Notes: generated by a model not told the origin, from the sequence alone. Numbered from the stretch's first letter, positions 44,279 to 54,180 are shown. The stretch is 60,771 nucleotides of DNA from Candidatus Woesearchaeota archaeon (GCA_964617925.1 CAZTYO010000001.1:1-60771); one strand, 5' to 3'. Program-made: numbers and translations.

Positions 44279-45288
44279 GTTTTTTTAACTAATTGAGAAA
44301 TATCTTCAAAATTACCTCCATCAATCCATTTTGCTATTTCTTTTGCTACATTTGGGTAATCAATTTTAATTTTTGATTTTGTGTTTAACCATTCCGATAA
44401 TATCTTTTCATCTATTTCTTTTGTACTTTTTCCATATGCTAGGGATTCAAGAGACATAGCATTTGCTTCTTGTTCTGTATGTCCTCTTATTGGTTTTACT
44501 AGCAATTTTTTTCCTAATTTTAGAACTTCTGCAGGTAATTCAAAACCTGCATTACATATGACTCCCTCACATTCTTCTAAATCTTTTAAAAAATTCTTTC
44601 TAGAAAATCCTCTTTCTTTTATGTTAATTTTTTTCTTTTTTTCTTTTTTCCCATATATGTTGAATTCATATTTTTTGAATTTTTTTAATAATTTTTTTAA
44701 TTTTTCATTATCTTCGTGTTGTAAATATATTAATATTTTATTTTTTGCTATTTTTTTGTTAGTTATTTCTTGTTTTATTATTGGTGGTAGAATTGGTTGA
44801 TTAAAATGATGAAAATGTAATCCAATATTATAATCAATTTTTGTAAATTTTTTTATAAATATTTTATTTAAGTAATCTTTTTTTATTAATTTTGGAACTG
44901 GTATTTTGTGTAAAAATGAATATTGATGGCCTATCCCAATACATGGAATTTTGTTTTTTTTAGCTATTCTAGATGAAATTGGTTCAAAATCAGTAATAAC
45001 TAAATCTATTTCTTTTATATCATATTTTTTGAAATCTTTATATGTTTGAATTAAATCTATGTTTGAGAGAGTTTTTAGATAATCTACTTTTCCTTTTTTT
45101 ATTACAAAGGTTATTCCCTTATATGCATCATATTCCTTGAATAGTTTTAATTTTTTTATTTCTTTTGGATCTCTACCGCTTAATATTACTTTAATACTGT
45201 GCCCAAGTTTTTCTAATTCTTTTATAATCTCTGTTGAACGTGTTATGTGCCCATTCCCTGTTGCTTGAATCCCATATAATACTTTCAT
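44248..45288 (-). CDS. GT-B glycosyltransferase, MJ1255/TIGR00661-like
   Basis: MKVLYGIQATGNGHITRS N-terminus and a C-terminal NAGFELPAEVLKLGKKLLVKP nucleotide-sugar-binding-like block. Confidence 0.5.
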   Translation of the reverse strand: MKVLYGIQATGNGHITRSTEIIKELEKLGHSIKVILSGRDPKEIKKLKLFKEYDAYKGITFVIKKGKVDYLKTLSNIDLIQTYKDFKKYDIKEIDLVITDFEPISSRIAKKNKIPCIGIGHQYSFLHKIPVPKLIKKDYLNKIFIKKFTKIDYNIGLHFHHFNQPILPPIIKQEITNKKIAKNKILIYLQHEDNEKLKKLLKKFKKYEFNIYGKKEKKKKINIKERGFSRKNFLKDLEECEGVICNAGFELPAEVLKLGKKLLVKPIRGHTEQEANAMSLESLAYGKSTKEIDEKILSEWLNTKSKIKIDYPNVAKEIAKWIDGGNFEDISQLVKKTWKKTKVSQQ

Positions 45289-45674
45289 TTGATTTCTATT
45301 AATTTGTTAAATGTAATTCCTGTTTCTTTTGATAGTTCTAGTGAAATTGTAAAGTTTCCATTTTTGTTAGGTGTTAAATTGTTAACATCTAAAAAGTACC
45401 ATCCCTTTCCATCAAATCTCATTCCTATTAATGCAGTTGCTCCAAAAAGTTCTGAAAATAATTTTAACTCATCAATTTCCTTTTTATTAAAATGATGGCT
45501 TTTACTTTTTATTGATTTACATTCTATTGCAAAAGTTGTTTTATTTTTGCTGGCTAATAAATCCGGAGATGGTCTTGTTGTTGATCCAGAACCTGCAGAC
45601 CGCATAGCAGCCCATTCATTTTCCCAAAATAGGTGTAGAAGTTCTCTTTCTGCTCTGGTTCCTTTGCTTTTCAT
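45285..45674 (-). CDS. hjc: Holliday junction resolvase Hjc
   Basis: KGTRAERELLHLF...AAMRSAGSG...PDLLASK...AIECKS, the PD-(D/E)xK pattern of Hjc. 129 aa. Confidence 0.85.
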   Translation of the reverse strand: MKSKGTRAERELLHLFWENEWAAMRSAGSGSTTRPSPDLLASKNKTTFAIECKSIKSKSHHFNKKEIDELKLFSELFGATALIGMRFDGKGWYFLDVNNLTPNKNGNFTISLELSKETGITFNKLIEIK

Positions 45675-45734
45675 AGAATTAAATTGTATGTTTAATTAAA
45701 ATAAGTTTTGGTTAATAAAAAAGAAAAAAAGAGA

Positions 45735-45896
45735 TTATAAATCTCTTGCTTGTACTGTTTTTCTTCCATTAGCTTTACATCTTTCGCATGCTTTATTTAT
45801 TACAGTTTGAAGTTCTTTATCAAGTGCTTCTGCGAAATCTCCTGCTACGTTTAAGTCCCCTGTGAATTCTTTTACTTTAGATTTTACAACTAACAT
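45735..45896 (-). CDS. small histone-fold protein, DUF1931-like
   Basis: Not in the ORF track. The translation is MLVVKSKVKEFTGDLNVAGDFAEALDKELQTVINKACERCKANGRKTVQARDL. GGAGGA lies 9 nt upstream. NGRKTVQARDL matches the histone-fold L2/alpha3 AGRKT(I/V)xxxD(I/L). Confidence 0.55.
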   Translation of the reverse strand: MLVVKSKVKEFTGDLNVAGDFAEALDKELQTVINKACERCKANGRKTVQARDL

Positions 45897-45976
45897 TTTT
45901 TTATTTCCTCCTATTTTTAAATTTTGACCTTCCAGGTAATCTCTTGTTAATTTAAGGAGAAATCTATTTATAAATT

Positions 45977-47443
45977 TTATTGTTCTTCTTCAGGTTTCAT
46001 TGTTGGAAATAGTATAACGTCCCTTATTGAAGGAGAATTTGTAAGTAACATCATCATCCTATCTATTCCTAATCCAAGTCCTCCTGCTGGAGGCATACCT
46101 GTTTCAATAGCTCTTATGAAATCTTTGTCCATTGGATGATATTCTTCGTCTCCACCTCTGCCTGCTTTCTCTTGTTCTTCTAAAAGTTCTGTTTGAAGCA
46201 CTGGATCATTTAATTCTGAATATGCATTTCCAATTTCCCATCCATTAATAAAAGGTTCAAATCGTTCTATTAAGTCTGGATTTGTTCTTTTTTGTTTACA
46301 TAATGGTGTTGTTTCTTTTGGATGATCTTTTATGAAAGTTGGTTGAATCAATTTATCTTCAACTAATTCTTCAAATAGTTCATTAATTGCTAATCCTCTA
46401 TTGAATGGTTTAAGATTAATCTTATGTTTTTTTAATAATTCTTGAAGTTGTTTATCTTCTAATTTATTTATATCAATTTTAGCATATTTTTTCAATGAAT
46501 CTATCATTGTTATTTTTTTCCAAGGTGTAGTTAAATCTATCTTTTGCCCTTGGTATTCTATTTTTGTAGTTCCCAGAACTTTTTTTGCTACATAGTTGTA
46601 TAAATCTTCAGTCAATTTTTCCATATCTGTATAGTCTGCATAAGCTTGATAGCACTCTAACATTGTAAATTCTGGATTATGGGTTCTGTCAACTCCTTCA
46701 TTTCTAAATGATTTATTTAATGAATATACTTTTTCAAATCCTCCAACTAATAATCTTTTTAAATGTAGTTCGGGAGATATACTAAGATAGATTGGCATGT
46801 CCCATGCATTGATGTGTGTTTTAAATGGTCTTGCATTTGCTCCACCATATATTGTTTGTAATGTGGGTATATCTACTTCCATAAATCCTTTTGAATCTAA
46901 AAATTCTCTAATTGCCTTAATTATTTCTGCTCTTTTGAAGAATACTTCTTTTACTTCTGGATTTGAGATTAAATCTAAGTATCTTTGCCTATATCTTATT
47001 TCATCATCTTTTAGGCCATGCCATTTTGAAGGTAATGGAAGAATATTTTTTGATAATAATTCAAAATTTTTAACATCTATTGTTATTTCTCCAGTTCTTG
47101 TTTTAAAAATTGTTCCAGATACTCCAATAAAATCTCCGTTATCAATTTTTTTTAAAGTATTATAATTTTCTAATGTTTTTTTAGAAGCATAAATCTGAAT
47201 CCTACCAGTTTGGTCTTGAATTTCAAAAAAAGAAATTTTCCCCATTATTCTAGATACCATTACTCTTCCAGCGATACTAGCTTTCTTTCTTGTTTTCTCT
47301 TCTTTCTTAAGTTTACTAAAATTTTCTTGAAGTTCTTTTGCATTATTCTTTTTATCAAAACTATATGGAAATGGATTTATTCCACTTTCTTTCAAGTTTT
47401 TCAACTTTTGTTTTCTTTTTCCAATAATATCTTCTTCTGGCAT
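45977..47443 (-). CDS. lysS: lysyl-tRNA synthetase, class II
   Basis: N-terminal OB anticodon-binding domain. Class II motif 2 (FRNEGVDRTHNPEFTMLECYQAYADY) and motif 3 (GGLGLGIDRMMMLL). Confidence 0.9.
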   Translation of the reverse strand: MPEEDIIGKRKQKLKNLKESGINPFPYSFDKKNNAKELQENFSKLKKEEKTRKKASIAGRVMVSRIMGKISFFEIQDQTGRIQIYASKKTLENYNTLKKIDNGDFIGVSGTIFKTRTGEITIDVKNFELLSKNILPLPSKWHGLKDDEIRYRQRYLDLISNPEVKEVFFKRAEIIKAIREFLDSKGFMEVDIPTLQTIYGGANARPFKTHINAWDMPIYLSISPELHLKRLLVGGFEKVYSLNKSFRNEGVDRTHNPEFTMLECYQAYADYTDMEKLTEDLYNYVAKKVLGTTKIEYQGQKIDLTTPWKKITMIDSLKKYAKIDINKLEDKQLQELLKKHKINLKPFNRGLAINELFEELVEDKLIQPTFIKDHPKETTPLCKQKRTNPDLIERFEPFINGWEIGNAYSELNDPVLQTELLEEQEKAGRGGDEEYHPMDKDFIRAIETGMPPAGGLGLGIDRMMMLLTNSPSIRDVILFPTMKPEEEQ

Positions 47444-47531
47444 ATTTGTTTAATTTGTTTAAGTGTATTTAAAACTTTTTACTATATTTATTTCTATAGG
47501 GTTTTTAAAAAAAGAAAAAGAAAAAGAAAAA

Positions 47532-47882
47532 TTAGCATAACATGCTATATATTTTCTTAAATACTACAAAAAGACCTGTTGTACCTAAGAATACTTTGAA
47601 CAGTTCAAAGAAGGATCCTGCAATTGCACCAACGTAAAATCCGCTATCTAAAATTGGTGTGAATTGAGACAATAGTACAAATAATAATATAAGCCACATT
47701 AACGGCATAACATCTTTCGCACTGTATAGCCACCCTACTATGATACCAAGTACAACTAGAACTAAATATGCATATTGATTAGTAAATGCAAATCCGAAAG
47801 CACCAGCTACTGCTAAAAATAGTGCTAATACCCAAGCTGCAGTAAATGCCCACTTGTCCCATGTTGCTTTTTTCTTAGCCAT
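47532..47882 (-). CDS. small 3-4 TM membrane protein, unknown function
   Basis: 116 aa, with a MAKKKATWDKW start and then hydrophobic helices. Strong coding appearance. Confidence 0.6.
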   Translation of the reverse strand: MAKKKATWDKWAFTAAWVLALFLAVAGAFGFAFTNQYAYLVLVVLGIIVGWLYSAKDVMPLMWLILLFVLLSQFTPILDSGFYVGAIAGSFFELFKVFLGTTGLFVVFKKIYSMLC

Positions 47883-48006
47883 ATAAATCTACCTCCCTTA
47901 TATTTTTTAAAATTAATATTTAATATTTGATTTTTTTATTATATAAGTATTTTGAAACTACACATTAGTTGTAATTTTATTAGAATTATTCAAACATATT
48001 GGATAA

Positions 48007-48996
48007 TTATGCTAAATTTGCTAGATATATGTTGTTTTTGTTTTGCACTATTTTAATTTTTACTGTTGATCCAATTGGTTGTTTACATTTGTTTATGGTT
48101 ATGCACCTATTGTTTGCTATTCCAATCATTTGATCTTTTGTCCAACCTGGAATTTTTATTTTTGCATAAATTTTTTGGTTAATGTCCATTGTTTTTGGAA
48201 ATCTTGGTAATTTTCTAAATTTAAATATGTCTGAATTTAATTTTAAACTTGTATTGTGATTTTTTTCCCATTCTTCAAGTTTTTTATAAAATTTCCAGAA
48301 AGTTAAGTTCTTCATCTTTTTCATTTTTCTTGAATACTTATATATCTCATATTTTTGAATTCCAATTAAACATTTTAATTCTTTTGAAAGTTCTATAATA
48401 TTATCTATTTGTTCATCATTTTTTCCAGATAACCAAACAGGTGCTAGAAGTAGTTCTATATTTTTCTTTAAATTGATGTATCTTGCCATCTCAACAATAT
48501 GGTTTATTTCGTAACTATTGTTTCCTGCAAGTTCCTTAGCAGATTCTTTTTCTGTTGAATGGATTGATAAATTTATTCTCATAGGGATTCCTATTTTATC
48601 TAGTTCATCTATTTTTTCTTTTGTTAGTAATGTCCCATTAGATTGCATAGATATCTTGTAAATTCCATTTATCTCTCCAATTTTTTCTACTAATTCTATG
48701 AAATTTTTATGTGCAAATGGTTCACCTACAGAATCTAAATTTGCTTCTATCTCTTTTTCTCCCTTGTATTTTACAACCTCTTTTACCCAATCTATTAAAT
48801 AATCTATATCTACCGAATAAGTTGTATTGTGAGTTTTTGAATTTGGGCCTGCATCTGTTGAACAAAATGGACAACTAAGATTACATACTGAAGTTGCCCT
48901 TATTTGTAATAAGTTTGTTCCTCTGTCAATTATTCCAAATTGAATCGCGCCCATTAAAGGAATTTCAGAGTCTCGAGTTATATGTATGTGTTTCAT
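48007..48996 (-). CDS. radical SAM protein (COG2100-like)
   Basis: CNLSCPFCS (CxxxCxxC) near the N-terminus, with a C-terminal beta-rich extension. Confidence 0.7.
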   Translation of the reverse strand: MKHIHITRDSEIPLMGAIQFGIIDRGTNLLQIRATSVCNLSCPFCSTDAGPNSKTHNTTYSVDIDYLIDWVKEVVKYKGEKEIEANLDSVGEPFAHKNFIELVEKIGEINGIYKISMQSNGTLLTKEKIDELDKIGIPMRINLSIHSTEKESAKELAGNNSYEINHIVEMARYINLKKNIELLLAPVWLSGKNDEQIDNIIELSKELKCLIGIQKYEIYKYSRKMKKMKNLTFWKFYKKLEEWEKNHNTSLKLNSDIFKFRKLPRFPKTMDINQKIYAKIKIPGWTKDQMIGIANNRCITINKCKQPIGSTVKIKIVQNKNNIYLANLA

Positions 48997-48997
48997 T

Positions 48998-49984
48998 TTA
49001 TTTTTTGTTGTATTTTGGATATGTTCCCTTTATCATGAATACTTTTTTTGTTTTTGCAGATATTCCTTTCTCTTTTTTCAATATTTCTTCTGAGTTTAGT
49101 TCTGCAATTCCAGTTGCAACTAATTCGTTTTTTAATGTCATGATTGCAATTTGATCTTTTTTGTTTATTTTTGAATGTATTTTAGCAATTCCGGGTATTG
49201 CTAATTCTGCACCATGGCAAATTGCATCTACTGTGCTATCTGTTATCCAAATTTTTGGTAAATGTTCTATTGCTCTTTCAATTGGTAAAATAATTTCTCT
49301 TAATGGTTTTTCATTTCCTTCTTTGTAAAATTCATATGCATCTTTTATTTCTTGTAACGAATGCCAAGTATCTTCTTTGAAAGGTCCTGCCTTGGTTCTT
49401 ATTAATTGTGCCATATGTGCACTTGTTCCTAATTTTTGACCTATATCATGACACAATTTTCTTATGTATGTTCCAGCCTGACAACCTACTCTAAATAATA
49501 CGTTTCTTTCATCTATTTCTAATATTTCTAGATAATAAATTTCTCTTGTCCTTTTTCTTCTTTTTACTGCCGACCTTATTGGGGGGAGTTGTTCTATTTT
49601 TCCAATGAAAGAGTTTATAATTTCTCTTACTTTTTTTTCGTCTTTTTTTTCATGAATTTTCATTAAACAGATATATTCTTTTCCGCTTGTTAATAACGAT
49701 TGTACAATTCTTGTTGCTTTTTCAATTGCAGTTGGAAGTACTCCGGTTACTTTTGGATCTAAAGTTCCAGAATGTCCTGCCTTTTCTATATCTAATATTT
49801 CTTTTAAGTATGCAGTTATTTGGTGAGATGTTGGACCTTCTGGTTTGTTAACATTAATTATTCCATATTTTAGTAATTCTTTGATGTCCCTTTTATTTGG
49901 AGATTTTCCGAATTCTTTATTAGAACTAGATTCTTGTTTTGTTAGAATTTTTCTTTCTATCTTTTCAAATGGGAGAAGGTTCAT
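48998..49984 (-). CDS. cbf5: H/ACA RNP pseudouridine synthase Cbf5 (TruB family with PUA domain)
   Basis: GHSGTLDPKVTGVLP catalytic Asp motif and a C-terminal PUA (ICHGAELAIPGI). Confidence 0.9.
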   Translation of the reverse strand: MNLLPFEKIERKILTKQESSSNKEFGKSPNKRDIKELLKYGIINVNKPEGPTSHQITAYLKEILDIEKAGHSGTLDPKVTGVLPTAIEKATRIVQSLLTSGKEYICLMKIHEKKDEKKVREIINSFIGKIEQLPPIRSAVKRRKRTREIYYLEILEIDERNVLFRVGCQAGTYIRKLCHDIGQKLGTSAHMAQLIRTKAGPFKEDTWHSLQEIKDAYEFYKEGNEKPLREIILPIERAIEHLPKIWITDSTVDAICHGAELAIPGIAKIHSKINKKDQIAIMTLKNELVATGIAELNSEEILKKEKGISAKTKKVFMIKGTYPKYNKK

Positions 49985-50430
49985 TCTTTCTTTTCTTTCT
50001 TCTCTTTTAATTCTGAAGCAGTTGGAACTTTTTTAGTTACTTTTTTCTTCACTTCTTTTTTTTCTTCAAGCTCTTTTGCTTTTGGAACTTCTTTTTTCTT
50101 GGCAGATTTTTTTTCAATAGTTTCTTTTTTCTTTTTTGAATCTTTCTTAGGTTCTTCCTTTATTTCTTCTGGTGCTCCAACTATTTCTGCTTTTGCAATT
50201 CCTTCTTCTGTTATAACTTTTACAGTTACTTTGGAAGGAGGATTTTTTGGACCATTCTTCCAGATTTCTTGATTGAGATAATTTCCTAATGAAGCTGCTT
50301 CAGTTTTCATATGTTTCATTAAAAATTGTTTTATGGCTCTAATTGATTTTGCAGATCTTTTATATTTAGGTGCTTTCAAAAATTCTTTTCTTAATGGGAT
50401 TGTGTAAATTCTTTCTTTTTTATCTGCCAT
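49981..50430 (-). CDS. rpl31e: ribosomal protein L31e with Lys/Glu-rich C-terminal extension
   Basis: ERIYTIPLRKEFLKAPKYKRSAKSIRAIKQFLMKH core, followed by ~60 aa of K/E-rich tail. Confidence 0.8.
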   Translation of the reverse strand: MADKKERIYTIPLRKEFLKAPKYKRSAKSIRAIKQFLMKHMKTEAASLGNYLNQEIWKNGPKNPPSKVTVKVITEEGIAKAEIVGAPEEIKEEPKKDSKKKKETIEKKSAKKKEVPKAKELEEKKEVKKKVTKKVPTASELKEKKEKKE

Positions 50431-50432
50431 TT

Positions 50433-50606
50433 TTACGGTTTAATCTTTGTTCTTTTCCAGTTTCTTTTTACTTTTGTAAAGACTGATGGGTGAATCTTCT
50501 TCCCGACTCCAGCTATTTTTGGTACTACCCAAAATGGTGCCCATTTTCTTTGCTTGCCTTTTTTAGCTAGCCTTTGTTTTTTTGCTGGATTTATGTGTCT
50601 TGCCAT
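50433..50606 (-). CDS. rpl39e: ribosomal protein L39e
   Basis: Not in the ORF track. The 57-aa translation is MARHINPAKKQRLAKKGKQRKWAPFWVVPKIAGVGKKIHPSVFTKVKRNWKRTKIKP. It lies between L31e and S19e. Confidence 0.8.
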   Translation of the reverse strand: MARHINPAKKQRLAKKGKQRKWAPFWVVPKIAGVGKKIHPSVFTKVKRNWKRTKIKP

Positions 50607-50607
50607 T

Positions 50608-51027
50608 TTATTTTGTTTCTTTTGAAATTTTGTTTAGGAATGATTGTCCTTTTGGAGTTAATACTCTTCCATGATGAACTCCTTTTTTTGTTTGTTTTAT
50701 TAATTCTGCAGATTCCAATTGTTGCAAAATTTTTCTGATTATATTTCCTGATCCTTTATAGAATTTTTCTGGTTTATGACCTCTCGCCTTTTTTCCACCA
50801 AATTTGATTCTAAGCTTTGAAGTTCCCACTGGACCTAATTTGTATACTTTTCTTAATATTGCTGCTGCTCTAGTGTACCACCAATCTTCATTTGAAGGTA
50901 CTCTTTCTTTGTGAGCTCCAGTTTTCACGAATTTTGCCCATTCTGGTGCAGTGATGCTATCCATCTTTTTTAATTCTACAGCAGAGTTTTCTATTAATTT
51001 GTTTATTGGTGCATTATCTATTACCAT
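50608..51027 (-). CDS. rps19e: ribosomal protein S19e
   Basis: APEWAKFVKTGAHKERVP...DWWYTRAAAILRKVY...GPVG pattern. Confidence 0.85.
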   Translation of the reverse strand: MVIDNAPINKLIENSAVELKKMDSITAPEWAKFVKTGAHKERVPSNEDWWYTRAAAILRKVYKLGPVGTSKLRIKFGGKKARGHKPEKFYKGSGNIIRKILQQLESAELIKQTKKGVHHGRVLTPKGQSFLNKISKETK

Positions 51028-51077
51028 TTTATTTAATTATCTTCTTCAAAAGGCTTAGCTTTTGTTTAAAAATGTTT

Positions 51078-52421
51078 CTATTTAATTTTTTTTAGTTTTG
51101 GGCCAGTGTTGGAATCTTCAATCATAAAGCCTTCTTTGTTTATTTTTTCTCTTAATTGATCTGCAAGTTTCCAATCTCTTTCTTTTCTGGCTATTTCTCT
51201 TTGATTTGCAAGAGTGATTAATTCTTTTGGAATTTTTTCTATTTTGTCTAAATTTAATCCGAGAATTTTATCAAGTTTTATTAAGAAATTGTATGCATTC
51301 TTTCCATTTCCTTCTTTATTTGCTTTTTTTATGAATTCAAATATTGCTGCGATTGCATTAGGTGTATCAAAATCGTTATTCATTGATTTTATGAATTTTT
51401 TATCTGTATCTTTTATTATCTTTTTGTCAATATTTGTTTTTGATTTCCTTGCATTTTCTACAAAATCTGTAATTCTTTGTAATGCATTTTTTGCTTGTTC
51501 AAGATTTTTTTTAGAAAAATCTATTGGGGCCCTATAATGTGCTGAAATAATCATATATCTAATTACTTCTGGTGCATATTCTTTGTATATTTCTTGTAAT
51601 GTGAAAAAATTATTTAATGATTTTGACATTTTCTCTTTGTTTACTTGAATAAATCCATTATGTAACCAATAATTTGCAAATGGTTTTTTATTTGCTGCTT
51701 CTGATTGAGCTATTTCATTTTCATGATGGGGGAATATTAAATCTTGTCCTCCTCCATGAATATCAAAAGTTTCTCCAAGATATGCTTTTGACATGGCAGA
51801 ACATTCTATGTGCCATCCGGGTCTCCCTTCTCCCCATGGACTTTTCCACGATGGTTCTCCTTCTTTTGCTAATTTCCAAATAACAAAGTCTTGATAATTT
51901 TTTTTATTATCATCTTTTTTTATTCTTCTTCCTGCTTGAAGTTGTTTTATATCTTGATGTGATAATTTTCCATAATCTTTTAATTTAGAAGTGTTAAAAT
52001 ATAATCCGTCCTTTAGTTGATATGTAACTCCATTTTTTTCGATATCTTTTATTAATTCTATTATTTCTTTAATTTGTTTTGTAGGTTTTGGATTTTTTGT
52101 AGGTTTTAAAATGTTTAATTTTTTATAATCTTCATCATATATTTTTGAAAATTTGCCAGTTAATTCTTTAACTGTTATTTTATTTTTGTTTGCTCTTTCT
52201 ATAATTTTATCATCTATGTCTGTATAATTAAATATAAAATTTACTTTATATTTTTGAAATTCAAAATATCTTCTTATTACATCAAAATTAACTGCTGATC
52301 TTCCATGCCCTAAATGTCCATAATCATAAATTGTTGGTCCACATACATACATACCAACTTGTCCTTTCTTTATTGGTTTGAATTCTTCTTTTTTTCTAGT
52401 TAATGTATTATAGACTTTCAT
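51078..52421 (-). CDS. cysS: cysteinyl-tRNA synthetase
   Basis: CGPTIYDYGHLGHGR (HIGH region), WHIECS and KMSKSLNN. Confidence 0.9.
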   Translation of the reverse strand: MKVYNTLTRKKEEFKPIKKGQVGMYVCGPTIYDYGHLGHGRSAVNFDVIRRYFEFQKYKVNFIFNYTDIDDKIIERANKNKITVKELTGKFSKIYDEDYKKLNILKPTKNPKPTKQIKEIIELIKDIEKNGVTYQLKDGLYFNTSKLKDYGKLSHQDIKQLQAGRRIKKDDNKKNYQDFVIWKLAKEGEPSWKSPWGEGRPGWHIECSAMSKAYLGETFDIHGGGQDLIFPHHENEIAQSEAANKKPFANYWLHNGFIQVNKEKMSKSLNNFFTLQEIYKEYAPEVIRYMIISAHYRAPIDFSKKNLEQAKNALQRITDFVENARKSKTNIDKKIIKDTDKKFIKSMNNDFDTPNAIAAIFEFIKKANKEGNGKNAYNFLIKLDKILGLNLDKIEKIPKELITLANQREIARKERDWKLADQLREKINKEGFMIEDSNTGPKLKKIK

Positions 52422-52454
52422 AAAAATAAAAAAGAAAGAAGAAGTATATAAAGT

Positions 52455-52979
52455 TTATTCTCCCATTAAATTAACAATTATTGTACCTGTTCCATATTGT
52501 TCGCCTGATGCAGATTCTGCAATTAGTGTATAAAAACAAGTTGGCCCTATCGGTGTACCTTTTGGAATATTTATCTGAAAAGGTATTGAAGTTAGGTCTC
52601 CTTCTTCAGTGGGTAATGCAGTAGTTGGTGTTTTTATCCAATCTAATTCACAGGCTGGATCGTTTCCACTTAATGCTAAGTTTAGTATAACATCTCCCCA
52701 TCCGTTATAATCTCTCACTCCTACTCCTACTGTTCTAATGTTTCCAGGTTTTATTTCAAATGATAGTCCTGATATGAAAAAGTCATCGTCGCTTGCCATT
52801 ATTTCTCTTACCATTCTGTCTGCTTCAAGAAATGCTTCATCCCCAAGTGAACCTCCCTTGTCAAATATATTTTTTACCCACGTTAGTCCAAGTGTTAATA
52901 ATGTGACTCCAATTACAATTACAATTATTGTTGTCATAGACAATTCGATTGCCCCTTTTTTATTAGAATGAGTTTTCAT
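52455..52979 (-). CDS. archaeal type IV pilin-like protein (class III signal peptide)
   Basis: MKTHSNKKG-AIELSMTTIIVIVIGVTLLTLG. GGTGA lies upstream. Confidence 0.7.
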   Translation of the reverse strand: MKTHSNKKGAIELSMTTIIVIVIGVTLLTLGLTWVKNIFDKGGSLGDEAFLEADRMVREIMASDDDFFISGLSFEIKPGNIRTVGVGVRDYNGWGDVILNLALSGNDPACELDWIKTPTTALPTEEGDLTSIPFQINIPKGTPIGPTCFYTLIAESASGEQYGTGTIIVNLMGE

Positions 52980-53026
52980 TTAATCACCTCTAGTTTTTTT
53001 CTTTTTTTAATCTTTATAAAATTTTG

Positions 53027-54157
53027 CTATTCTTCAATTGTAAATTGGATAGTATTTGAAGTTCCTTGGTTTATTTCATAACTTGTATCGTCATAATAGT
53101 ATGTATAACTTTCCCAATTTCCTGGACTAAAGTAATTAATTAAATTGTCCATGTCTATAATCTCAGATTCAAATGCTCTAGTTTCTGTTTCTGTCGAAAT
53201 TAATGAATCTGGGTTTAATGAACTATAATATGCCCAAGAATATCCAGTGTCTATATTTCTAAATACTCTAGCAATTGAAAAATTATGTTCTTCAGTGTTG
53301 CCTGCACAAGGTATTGTTTTGTCAATCATATCTCCATTGATTTCATCTTCATATATTGTTTTATCTTTTACTTCAGAAGTTAATGTTATTATTCTACCTT
53401 CTAATGTAGGTTCGTACATAATTGCTTGCGGTTGATTGCTTTCTATGAACATTTGAAATTCAACTTGTTGATTTCCTGGAATTTCTAGATTATAGACATC
53501 CCAATTGTTTGCTAATGTCATCTCTTCAAAATTTGGATATCCATTTAGAATTGCTTCTAAATTTTGAAGTAAATGTACTGCTTCGATTATTATTCCTCCT
53601 TTTGGAACTATGTATGAAATTGCTACATCAAATAAATCTAAATCATTTAGTAATGTTTCTCCAGTAATTGAAGTGATATAGTTTGAACAATCTGTTTCTC
53701 TATTCTGTGATTCGGTTTCAATTGCTTCTCTTAGAAATTTTTTGAATGGATCATTTTCTTCGTTTAATTCTCTAAATGTGTATCCTTGATTTGTAGGATT
53801 CTGTAATTCTATAGTTTCTGCCGAAAAATCTTCTAGATACCTTATTGCAGGCAAATAAATTTCATTTTCTTCTTGTATAGTTATTATTTTATAATTTTCT
53901 GATTCATCATGATAATAATTTACAATTATATTTTCTATTGATTCATGTGTTTCTGAATCAATTATATTTATTATCTCTCCATTTTCAAAAATAACTTCTC
54001 CTTCAGAATTTGTTTGTTCTTCTTGAAATTCTATGTAATTTGTACTGCTGTTTTCATCAAGTGGATTTGAACAAGAATTAATTGACATTGCTTGTGCTGC
54101 AATAAGGGCACTTATTAAGGTTTTTTTGCCTTTTTTAATTATTTTCTCGAGGGTCAT
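53027..54157 (-). CDS. secreted acidic protein, possible lipobox (MSINSCS), unknown family
   Basis: 376 aa; signal-like ISALIAAQAMSINSC; E/N/T-rich. Confidence 0.6.
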   Translation of the reverse strand: MTLEKIIKKGKKTLISALIAAQAMSINSCSNPLDENSSTNYIEFQEEQTNSEGEVIFENGEIINIIDSETHESIENIIVNYYHDESENYKIITIQEENEIYLPAIRYLEDFSAETIELQNPTNQGYTFRELNEENDPFKKFLREAIETESQNRETDCSNYITSITGETLLNDLDLFDVAISYIVPKGGIIIEAVHLLQNLEAILNGYPNFEEMTLANNWDVYNLEIPGNQQVEFQMFIESNQPQAIMYEPTLEGRIITLTSEVKDKTIYEDEINGDMIDKTIPCAGNTEEHNFSIARVFRNIDTGYSWAYYSSLNPDSLISTETETRAFESEIIDMDNLINYFSPGNWESYTYYYDDTSYEINQGTSNTIQFTIEE

Positions 54158-54180
54158 TTTTAATTTACCTCTTATTTAAA

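Noticed and set aside
44381-44800. 139-aa ORF antisense to the MJ1255-like glycosyltransferase. Similar shadow ORFs occur at 1794-2033, 3945-4241, 5128-5352, 6425-6700 and 10220-10486. Others are at 21067-21511, 22739-23074, 29224-29508, 30839-31221 and 32799-33062. The rest are at 33618-34049, 36088-36657, 38439-38690, 46797-47560, 48894-49154, 51214-51883 and 52738-53435
   Set aside because: All lie opposite or out of frame with genes carrying recognisable family motifs. Their F/L/I/S-rich composition is what AT-rich antisense strands produce, and stop codons are rare there by chance.
47507-47531. A-rich (GAAAAA)n tract between lysS and the small membrane protein gene
   Set aside because: It is a short, low-complexity purine run in an intergenic or terminator-proximal position with no partner repeat. 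It is probably compositional.
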